A stretch of DNA of 64,000 bases, taken from Flavobacteriaceae bacterium. GTDB taxonomy: Bacteria; Bacteroidota; Bacteroidia; Flavobacteriales; Flavobacteriaceae. Below the pieces are notes generated by a model that saw only the letters and a program-made list of their open reading frames with translations, was not told the DNA's origin and did no database searches. A program made the position numbers and the translations under genes. Below, one piece after another: positions 10,055 through 17,593 of this stretch. Positions within the stretch are counted from its first letter, which is position 1. Each line of letters begins with the position of its first letter. The DNA lies in assembly GCA_045561795.1 (NCBI GenBank), contig JBJKWZ010000002.1, positions 22,943 through 86,942 of the forward strand, read 5' to 3'.

Positions 10055-10616
10055 TATTTTTCATTCTATATAAAAAAACTCCAGGGATAAGCATACCCAA
10101 AGTCACCCCAATCATATTAACAATTAAATAATTTATTCTTGGATTTGTATCGTTTAAGAAAACAAAAATGATCAAAATAATTCCTCCAATGGTTAGAGGT
10201 TTGAATTTAATTATCTGTCCGTTCATAACAAGAACTAAACCAAGAAGAAAAAGAATTTGTGGAACAGGAGATTTTCCAATTAACAAAGAAGATATTAAAA
10301 TAATTGTCCACCCTAATCCAAAAACGGCCCATATAATTTTGATAGTCCTATCCAAAACTGTTTCATATCCCCTTTTGATTCCTTTTTTAATATTCCATCT
10401 TATCATATATAGCATTCCAAGAATTGGAATAATTGTCCAATATAAAATGACAGAATATTTAGAATGTTCAATTATAGGCTCAAAAAAATAATGAAAAGCA
10501 CTCATCAAATTTATCATTACCCCCCAAAAAATCAAGTTAAAACTCAAGGGTTTTAAGTTTTCTCTAGCTTTTTTTATTGTTGAATTAATTATGTTTATTT
10601 GATCTTCTTTTGTCAT
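10047..10616 (-). CDS. Polytopic membrane protein of unknown function (about 5-6 TM)
   Basis: Hydrophobic segments throughout. 8-nt overlap with the downstream wHTH regulator gene. No family recognised by eye. Confidence 0.55.
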   Translation of the reverse strand: MTKEDQINIINSTIKKARENLKPLSFNLIFWGVMINLMSAFHYFFEPIIEHSKYSVILYWTIIPILGMLYMIRWNIKKGIKRGYETVLDRTIKIIWAVFGLGWTIILISSLLIGKSPVPQILFLLGLVLVMNGQIIKFKPLTIGGIILIIFVFLNDTNPRINYLIVNMIGVTLGMLIPGVFLYRMKNSG

Positions 10617-10617
10617 T

Positions 10618-10914
10618 TTAGTTATTTTTTTGAATATTTACAATGGTGTCATTATCCATTATTATAAGAACTCTTTCTTTACTATTTGTTTTTTTGTTAG
10701 AATCTGAGTTGATGTGAATCGAATCTTGATTATCAATGATATCGACTTTAACTTTAGATAAATCAATAACTTTAATTTTATCTTCTATTTTGTCAACAGC
10801 TTTAAATATAAATCCACCAATGGCAAATGATATTACAAGACCTAAAAAAAGTTGGATTACAAACAAAGATAAAGCTACAATCCCTAATACATGAAGTATT
10901 TTTTTTAAGTCCAT
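10618..10914 (-). CDS. Small single-pass membrane protein, unknown function
   Basis: N-terminal TM pair (ILHVLGIVALSLFVIQLFLGLVISFAIGGFIF) then a hydrophilic tail. Its stop abuts the start of the next gene (10616). Confidence 0.45.
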   Translation of the reverse strand: MDLKKILHVLGIVALSLFVIQLFLGLVISFAIGGFIFKAVDKIEDKIKVIDLSKVKVDIIDNQDSIHINSDSNKKTNSKERVLIIMDNDTIVNIQKNN

Positions 10915-10988
10915 TTACAAATTAGGATTTTAAATTTTTAACAAATATAAACTAGTTTACAATATAAACTATATTTTTCAAAAAAAAT

Positions 10989-11195
10989 TTATTTTCTATA
11001 TGTTCTATAAAGCATATATCCTACAATAAAAACTAGTATATAAGGTACACTCATTAGATATAGAATACCGTCATTAATGCCTTTTGCAGTTGACATTCCT
11101 TTTTCTGACTCTAGGACTGCACGGCACATCGAACATTGAGCATTTAAAATCTCTGAGCCGTAAATAACGAAAAAGGATAATAAATATTTTTTCAT
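10989..11195 (-). CDS. Small (68-aa) signal-peptide / CxxC / C-terminal-TM protein in the cox assembly cluster
   Basis: Start placed at Met22 of the listed ORF (MKKYLLSFFVIYGSEILNAQ|CSMCRAV). That ATG shares one base (11195) with the DUF420 TAA stop. C-terminal TM YLMSVPYILVFIVGYMLY followed by RTYRK. Confidence 0.55.
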   Translation of the reverse strand: MKKYLLSFFVIYGSEILNAQCSMCRAVLESEKGMSTAKGINDGILYLMSVPYILVFIVGYMLYRTYRK

Positions 11196-11737
11196 TATTT
11201 GTAATATGGAGAAATCATTAAATATACAATCACGCCAGTTGTGGTTATGTATAGCCAAATTGGTAATGTGATTCGAGCAATTTTTTTGTGATTTGAAAAA
11301 TGTTTTGATATTGCCCTAACGTAAGATATTAAAACAAGAGGAATTATTCCAATTGAAAATGTAATATGAGTAATCAAAATGAAAAAATAAAGTGGTCTTA
11401 ATAGACCTTCTCCCCCGTATGGCGTTGGGTCTGAGGTCATATGATAAACAACATACATTACAAGAAAAACTAAAGAGAGAAAAATTGACGATTTCATTAG
11501 TTTCCTATGTAAGTTTATTTTTTTTGATCTAATGGCAAAATAGGCAAGTATAAGAAAAATAGTAGTTATACCATTAATTGTAGCATAAACTCTGGGAAGA
11601 AAGTCAAAACTATAAGGGACATCAATCTTAACTCTAAAAAGTGTAGCAACCACAATTGGAATCAATAGTGACACAGCAATAATTATTTTTTTATATCTAA
11701 GTTTTTCACCTGTAATATTAATCGTATTATTTTTCAT
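11195..11737 (-). CDS. DUF420 family membrane protein (CtaM-like cytochrome oxidase accessory protein)
   Basis: ~180 aa, 4-5 TM, conserved His-containing helices (VVYHMTSD, ITHITFS). Position next to SCO in a cox cluster, as is typical for DUF420. Confidence 0.7.
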   Translation of the reverse strand: MKNNTINITGEKLRYKKIIIAVSLLIPIVVATLFRVKIDVPYSFDFLPRVYATINGITTIFLILAYFAIRSKKINLHRKLMKSSIFLSLVFLVMYVVYHMTSDPTPYGGEGLLRPLYFFILITHITFSIGIIPLVLISYVRAISKHFSNHKKIARITLPIWLYITTTGVIVYLMISPYYK

Positions 11738-11739
11738 TT

Positions 11740-12435
11740 CTATTCATTTAAAAGTTTTTCTATGTCATAAACTAAGTTTTCTGTCCCATCATATGAATTA
11801 CTTTTTTCAATCCCATTGTAATAAACAATAGGGTTTCCAAAATTGTCTCGTCTTGATCTTATGTATCCATTTTTATCAATCAAAGCAAAATAACCTTGAT
11901 GCTCAAAACCCCCAGCAACTTTAGGATTTACTGATGCAAATATATTAAATCCTTCATTCGCTAACTTATAAGTGGCCTCTTTATTGAGGGTTAAAAAATT
12001 CCACGAAGAAGGATTGCTGACAAACATTTCTGAATATTTTTTTAAGATATAGGGGCGATCATGGTCGGGATCTATCGTAAAAGACGCAATACCAAAATCT
12101 TTTCTATCAATAAATTTGTCATAAATAATCTTCATATTTTGATTCATAATTGGACAAATAGTAGGACATCTCGTAAAGAAAAATTCTGCAACATAAACTT
12201 TACCTAAAAAATCTTCATTTGTTATATAAATACTGTCTTGATTTAAAAAAGCAAAGTCAGGCACCTTTCTTTTTACTCCCTCTAATTTAATATAATCTAA
12301 ACTTTCGTAACCGGGTTTAACCGTCCTGCTACTTGTGATAATTGTTTTTTCAGATATTTTCTTAATTATTTTGGGAATGAATAAAACCCCGAAAATCAGA
12401 ATAACAGCGATTAGGCCAAATGAAATATTTTTCAT
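11740..12435 (-). CDS. SCO family (SCO1/SenC) copper chaperone / thiol-disulfide oxidoreductase
   Basis: N-terminal TM anchor. Thioredoxin fold with FFFTRCPTICP (CxxxC) and downstream His (GGFEHQGYFALID). Confidence 0.85.
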   Translation of the reverse strand: MKNISFGLIAVILIFGVLFIPKIIKKISEKTIITSSRTVKPGYESLDYIKLEGVKRKVPDFAFLNQDSIYITNEDFLGKVYVAEFFFTRCPTICPIMNQNMKIIYDKFIDRKDFGIASFTIDPDHDRPYILKKYSEMFVSNPSSWNFLTLNKEATYKLANEGFNIFASVNPKVAGGFEHQGYFALIDKNGYIRSRRDNFGNPIVYYNGIEKSNSYDGTENLVYDIEKLLNE

Positions 12436-12461
12436 AATGCAAAATTAAAAATTTTAAAAAA

Positions 12462-13133
12462 TTAAATTTCTCTATCTAATTTATATTTATTATTCTTCTT
12501 TAAGGCTAGCCTATATTCGGCAAGAATTATTTTTATGTCGTCTGTCATTTTTTTAGTTAATTCGGCAACTGATGAAGAATTATATGCATATAGAGTCCCC
12601 AAGTCGTCATCGTCGTCCCTGCCTCTTAAATTTCTATCCTTATCAACTATAAAAACAAATGGGGTGCTTAACTTAGTATTTAATTTTATGTCACTTCCAA
12701 AACTTGAAAAAAGTTTTTTAATTTTTGTTTCATCTCCTAGAATAAATTTCCACTTTGACATATCTTCTGAAGAGCCTTTTTTTAGTTCATCTATTATCTT
12801 CAATAATTTATCTTGGTTACTATTCAAAACAACCATCAAAAATTGCAAATCTTTAAACTTATAAAATCTTTTATATATTTTTTGATTCAAATTGAAAGCA
12901 TCAAGTTTTCTAAAATCCAAATCATTACCCCAAAATCCAATAATTGAAATGCTATTTTCAAGCTGGACGTTTTTCCCACTAAGAGTCTCCCATTCTGAAA
13001 TTTCTTCTATATTTTTTTGTAAAATAGGGAGCTTTGCAAAATTATTAATACCAGAAGCGAAGAAAAGATAGACGACAATAGGAAATATAAAGAGTATTCC
13101 TAAAACTAAGTATTTTTTAATTTGCTTATTCAA
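12462..13133 (-). CDS. SCO/thioredoxin-fold-like membrane-anchored protein lacking the CxxxC and His ligands
   Basis: TM anchor. Segments parallel to the neighbouring SCO (ISIIGFWGNDLDF vs VYVAEFFFTRCPTICP, WKFILG vs WNFLT, FVFIVDKDRNLRGR vs YFALIDKNGYIRSR), but with no Cys. Confidence 0.5.
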   Translation of the reverse strand: MNKQIKKYLVLGILFIFPIVVYLFFASGINNFAKLPILQKNIEEISEWETLSGKNVQLENSISIIGFWGNDLDFRKLDAFNLNQKIYKRFYKFKDLQFLMVVLNSNQDKLLKIIDELKKGSSEDMSKWKFILGDETKIKKLFSSFGSDIKLNTKLSTPFVFIVDKDRNLRGRDDDDDLGTLYAYNSSSVAELTKKMTDDIKIILAEYRLALKKNNKYKLDREI

Positions 13134-13143
13134 ATTAGATTTT

Positions 13144-13527
13144 CTAGAAATTCCAACTTACAAAGCCGTCAACCATTATGTTGAAAATATAATCCGCTTC
13201 GAGTAATAAAATGAAAGCTAGATAAGGAATTAAAATTATTAATGGCAAAACAACGGAACCTTTTAGAGAATCCCTTTCATCCCTAACATGCATGAAATCC
13301 CATGTTATATAATATGCCTTTAATATTGTAAGTATAATAAAAATCCAGTTTAGAATTTTCATTCCGAATAGCATCGTTAGAAGTGGTTGAGGTTTCAAAA
13401 TACCCAACACAACTTCAACTGTAGTTATTACTGAAAGTACAAATAAAACACCCCAAATCTTTTGAACATTTGATTTGAACTTGATTAAACCTCTAAATAT
13501 TTCTAGTTTATGTTCTCCTTTTTCCAT
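13144..13527 (-). CDS. Cytochrome c oxidase subunit IV family protein (bacterial small subunit)
   Basis: 127 aa, 3-4 TM, immediately downstream of the subunit III genes. Confidence 0.65.
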   Translation of the reverse strand: MEKGEHKLEIFRGLIKFKSNVQKIWGVLFVLSVITTVEVVLGILKPQPLLTMLFGMKILNWIFIILTILKAYYITWDFMHVRDERDSLKGSVVLPLIILIPYLAFILLLEADYIFNIMVDGFVSWNF

Positions 13528-13536
13528 ATTCTAAAC

Positions 13537-14523
13537 TTATACCAAATAAAAAAATGTAAAAACAAAAACCCATACGAGATCAACGAAATGCCAGTATAAG
13601 CCAACTTTTTCAACCATTTCATAGTGTCCTCTTCTTTCATAGGTTCCAACTATGACATTGAAAAATATAATAATATTAATTACTACACCTGAGAATACGT
13701 GAAATCCATGAAATCCGGTTATAAAGAAGAAAAAGTTAGCAAATAATCTATTTCCATATTCATTATGTATTAAATTTGCTCCCTCAACAACATTGATAGC
13801 ATCTTCAATCTTTAATGTGGATTCTTCTCTTGACAAAACTATTTTTTCACCTTTAAGATTAATTTTTTCACCTCTAATTAAAAGATTAGGGTTTTTTAAA
13901 AACCCTTTTTTAACTTCTCTTAGGGAAAAAGTAGGGAGTGAAGATTCATTTTGAAACCAAATTCCAGTATTTTTTTGATGTGTTGTTCTTTCTGAACTAT
14001 TGCTTAGGGCAAAGGAAGCTAAAGCGACTCTTTTCCCTGAAGATCCATCTACAAACTGTAATATTTGTCCTCCCTTTGTTTCCAAAGCTCCATATTCCCC
14101 TTTAATAAAGTTTTTCCACTCCCAAGCTTGAGATCCTACGAACACAGCTCCTCCAATTATGGTTAAAAACATATAAAATGCAACCTTATTTTTTTTCATG
14201 TGGTGCCCAGCATCAACAGCTAAAACCATTGTTACTGAAGAAAAAATAAGTATAAATGTCATTAAAGCAACATAATACATTGGAGCATCTATTCCATGTA
14301 GAAAAGGAAAGTGAGTAAAAACCTCATCGGCAATGGGCCAAGAATCAATATTTTTGAATCTTGAAAAACCATAGGAAACTATAAAACCAGAAAAAGTTAA
14401 GGCATCTGAAACGAGGAAAAACCACATCATTAGTTTACCATAGCTCGCATTTAAGGGCTTATTTCCTCCTTCCCAAAGTTCAGAATTAAGTTCGGAATCA
14501 GAACTCGTTATATCCATCTTCAA
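13537..14523 (-). CDS. Cytochrome c oxidase subunit III (long form with ~110-aa hydrophilic insertion)
   Basis: Heme-copper oxidase subunit III motifs (WFFLVSDALTF, QAWEWKNF, FFITGFHGFHVFSGV, YWHFVDLVWVFVF). Confidence 0.85.
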   Translation of the reverse strand: MKMDITSSDSELNSELWEGGNKPLNASYGKLMMWFFLVSDALTFSGFIVSYGFSRFKNIDSWPIADEVFTHFPFLHGIDAPMYYVALMTFILIFSSVTMVLAVDAGHHMKKNKVAFYMFLTIIGGAVFVGSQAWEWKNFIKGEYGALETKGGQILQFVDGSSGKRVALASFALSNSSERTTHQKNTGIWFQNESSLPTFSLREVKKGFLKNPNLLIRGEKINLKGEKIVLSREESTLKIEDAINVVEGANLIHNEYGNRLFANFFFFITGFHGFHVFSGVVINIIIFFNVIVGTYERRGHYEMVEKVGLYWHFVDLVWVFVFTFFYLV

Positions 14524-14556
14524 TAATAAATAACTCTATTACAAATTTAATTTATT

Positions 14557-15126
14557 TTAATAATTAAATATTAAAAAAAAGAATAAAAATAACCACAAAA
14601 ATCCCAAAAAATGCCAAAACATTTCAGCAAGTTCAAATCCGAGAGTTTTGTTAGTAGAGTATTTTCCGTTTAATGAATTAACTAACACAACAACTAAAAC
14701 AATTATACCTGAAAGAAGGTGAGCAAGGTGAAGAAGTACAAGTATGTAAATAAAAGATGTTGATATTGAACTTTCAGGACCAGTGAAATAATATCCCTGT
14801 TTTATAATTTGTTTAAATCCATTTAGCTGTAGGACTATAAAAATTACTGCTAAAATTAATGTTGACAATAACATTAAATTAACTTTTTGTAGCTCTCCTT
14901 TCCTTAGCATTTCTTTTGAAACCCAAAATGTAAGGCTGCTTAAAATAATAGTTATGGTACTCCAATAAAATAAAGAGGGAAAATTAAATTCAATATTCCA
15001 ATCCGGTCTTTGACTACTAACAATGTATGCGCTTGTTAAACCAGCAAATGTCATAGTCATGCTTATCATCCCTGCCCATAACATCATTTTTTTGGATTTA
15101 CTATTTATAGTATCATTTTCCTTCAT
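14557..15126 (-). CDS. Cytochrome c oxidase subunit III family protein (short form)
   Basis: 5 TM, C-terminal YWHFLGFLWLFLF motif characteristic of subunit III-like proteins. Confidence 0.75.
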   Translation of the reverse strand: MKENDTINSKSKKMMLWAGMISMTMTFAGLTSAYIVSSQRPDWNIEFNFPSLFYWSTITIILSSLTFWVSKEMLRKGELQKVNLMLLSTLILAVIFIVLQLNGFKQIIKQGYYFTGPESSISTSFIYILVLLHLAHLLSGIIVLVVVLVNSLNGKYSTNKTLGFELAEMFWHFLGFLWLFLFFFLIFNY

Positions 15127-16019
15127 GCTAAAAAATATTTATCAAATATGAATATTAATTGAATTAAACTTAAATAAAATATACTAACAATGATAAGTTT
15201 ACTTGCAGCTTTATTTGATTTTTTTATCATTAAATCAATTGAAAAATATAACATTATAATTCCTAAAGTAAGGATTAATAAAGCAGAGTTTTGAGTTAAA
15301 CTTAGACTTCCTGAGTAGTGAGTGTATGGAATCAACGAAATTAGTATCATCCAAAGAGTGTAAAATGTAATTTGAAAGGCAGTTTTGCGATCTTTCCTAC
15401 CCGTAGGTAACATTTTAAATCCAGCTTTTTGATAATCATCATGCATTACCCAACTAATTGCCCAAAAGTGTGGAAATTGCCAAAAAAATTGAAGCATAAA
15501 AAGTATTCCTGGTTCTATCCCAAATTTATTTGTCGCTGAAACCCAACCAAGCATAAATGGAATAGCTCCCGGAAATGCTCCTATAAAAACCGATAATGGT
15601 GTAATAGTTTTCAAAGGAGTGTAAACCAAAACATATATTAAGATTGAAAAAAAACTAAAAATTGCCGTTTTCAAATTTAGTTTATTCAATAGAAAAAAGC
15701 CTATTATTATCATTAAGAGAGAAATAATCAATGCAGTTGGAATACTTATTCGACCCTTAGGAATAGGCCGATTTTGAGTTCTTTTCATAATTGCATCGTA
15801 ATCTCTTTCAATAACTTGATTAAGAGTATTTGATGCTCCTACCATACAAAAACCACCTAGAAATAAATAAAGAATGTGCAGACTTTCAACAGTTTCTGTA
15901 GCTAAAAGATAACCTGTTATGGACGAAAAAACTACACTTATTGATAAACGACTTTTGGTAATTTCAAAAAAATCTTTGAAAATCTTTATATTTAAATGCT
16001 CTACTTTACCAACTAGCAT
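15123..16019 (-). CDS. cyoE: Protoheme IX farnesyltransferase (heme O synthase)
   Basis: UbiA-family polyprenyltransferase motifs (NQVIERDYDAIMKRTQNRPIP). 4-nt overlap with the downstream cox gene. Confidence 0.85.
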   Translation of the reverse strand: MLVGKVEHLNIKIFKDFFEITKSRLSISVVFSSITGYLLATETVESLHILYLFLGGFCMVGASNTLNQVIERDYDAIMKRTQNRPIPKGRISIPTALIISLLMIIIGFFLLNKLNLKTAIFSFFSILIYVLVYTPLKTITPLSVFIGAFPGAIPFMLGWVSATNKFGIEPGILFMLQFFWQFPHFWAISWVMHDDYQKAGFKMLPTGRKDRKTAFQITFYTLWMILISLIPYTHYSGSLSLTQNSALLILTLGIIMLYFSIDLMIKKSNKAASKLIIVSIFYLSLIQLIFIFDKYFLA

Positions 16020-16065
16020 ATCAAGACTGGTAATTTTAAAATTTATTATTTAAAACTATTTTATT

Positions 16066-16770
16066 TTATTGTAATCGGAATGTGATAGGTATACTAAAGG
16101 GAACTCTTACTGCGCGACCCCTTTGCTTCCCAGGAGTCATACGAGGAAGTTTAGCTATTATCCTTTGTGCCTCTTTCTCTAAATTTTTGTCAGGACCTCT
16201 CATTCTAATCGAAGTAATACTTCCGTCCTTATCAATGACAAAATTGATATACACTCTCCCTTGAATTCCCATTTCCTGAGCAATTTCTGGATAACGGAAA
16301 TTTTTTCTAATGTGTTTATTTATTTGTTCTTGAAAACAATCTCTTCTTTTTGACTTTGCTACTCTTTCGCATCCAGGAAAAATTGGAACATCTTCAATAA
16401 CCGCGAAAGGGACATCAACATCTTCAAATTCTTCTTCAACTTCAATTATCTCAACAATTTCCTCTTGATCTGTTTCAGTCGATTCAATAATTGTTTCTTC
16501 AATTTCTTCCTCGTCCTCAACTACTTCTATAATTTCCGGAGCAGGTGGCGGAGGTGGTGGCGGAGGTGGGGTCTTAATCTGTTCAGTGATAGGAACTTCT
16601 TCATCATCGTCATCATCTATATTTAGGGCTTCATAGCCATATCCAGACCTGTCATATGTCTTCCATTCGATGGCCCTCCATGATATAAAAAGTATAATAG
16701 CAAGACCTATGGCAAAGTATAAGTTACTATTCTTTGTAAGGTCCGCTTTAGGGTTCTTTTTAATCTGCAT
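16066..16770 (-). CDS. tonB: Energy transducer TonB
   Basis: N-terminal TM anchor, acidic and poly-Pro linker (PPPPPPPPPAPE), C-terminal TonB domain (YPEIAQEMGIQGRVYINFVIDKDGSI). Confidence 0.85.
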   Translation of the reverse strand: MQIKKNPKADLTKNSNLYFAIGLAIILFISWRAIEWKTYDRSGYGYEALNIDDDDDEEVPITEQIKTPPPPPPPPPAPEIIEVVEDEEEIEETIIESTETDQEEIVEIIEVEEEFEDVDVPFAVIEDVPIFPGCERVAKSKRRDCFQEQINKHIRKNFRYPEIAQEMGIQGRVYINFVIDKDGSITSIRMRGPDKNLEKEAQRIIAKLPRMTPGKQRGRAVRVPFSIPITFRLQ

Positions 16771-16805
16771 ATTTTAATTTGATGCTAATTTAAAAAAATA
16801 CGTGA

Positions 16806-17177
16806 TTAAGCTATAACTTTTTTAATAGTTTTTGACACAAAGGCAAATGTTAAAATTCCAGTACAATTTGAAAATATATCTAATATTTCAAATGATCTAT
16901 GCGTTAAAAAATAACCTTGGATTAATTCCAATATAAAACCAAATAGAAAAGAAATGAGCATTGATCTTAATTTTGGGTTCTTAAAAGACAGCTCCCTAAA
17001 CAATGATACATAAATCGAAATAGTGTATATAAAATAGGTTATAAAATGTAAAACTTTATCAAGACTAAAAAAACTATAATTCTCAGCTATTCTAATTTGT
17101 ATTGGTATAACTGAAAAAAAAATGATTAAAAATGAAAATAAAAAAGTAAAATAGGTAAACTTAAATTTAAGCACCAA
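16806..17177 (-). CDS. VanZ family membrane protein
   Basis: ~120 aa, 4 TM, DKVLHF motif typical of VanZ-like proteins. Confidence 0.6.
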   Translation of the reverse strand: MVLKFKFTYFTFLFSFLIIFFSVIPIQIRIAENYSFFSLDKVLHFITYFIYTISIYVSLFRELSFKNPKLRSMLISFLFGFILELIQGYFLTHRSFEILDIFSNCTGILTFAFVSKTIKKVIA

Positions 17178-17544
17178 TTAATTTTTTGTATTCCTCAGCA
17201 TTTAAAAGATCTGAAGTATCAGTGCTATTTAATTTAATTTTAATCATCCAACCTTGACCATATGGATCTTCATTTACTTGCTCAGGTTTTTCATTTAGAG
17301 AATCATTTATGTCAATAATTTCCCCTGTTATTGGCATAAACAAATCCGAAACAGTTTTTACAGCCTCAACAGTTCCAAACACTTCCTCTTTTGAAAAATT
17401 TTCCCCAATTTTTTCAATTTCAACATAAACAATGTCCCCTAGTTCTTGTTGAGCAAAATCAGTTATGCCAACGGTAGCTACGTCAACATCAATCGATATC
17501 CATTCATGGTCCTTAGTGTACTTTAAATTTGCAGGTATATTCAT
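17167..17544 (-). CDS. gcvH: Glycine cleavage system H protein
   Basis: Full-length match to the GcvH pattern (YTKDHEWI, lipoyl-Lys in VEAVKTVSD, DPYGQGWM). Confidence 0.95.
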   Translation of the reverse strand: MNIPANLKYTKDHEWISIDVDVATVGITDFAQQELGDIVYVEIEKIGENFSKEEVFGTVEAVKTVSDLFMPITGEIIDINDSLNEKPEQVNEDPYGQGWMIKIKLNSTDTSDLLNAEEYKKLIGA

Positions 17545-17593
17545 GGGTTTAAATTAATGAACAAATATAAATTTAACTTAAAATAAAAAAAAT

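Noticed and set aside
16430-16620. A GGTGG/GGCGG repeat tract and acidic repeats on the plus strand.
   Set aside because: This is the complement of the poly-Pro (PPPPPPPPPAPE) and Glu-rich linker of TonB, a normal feature of TonB proteins.
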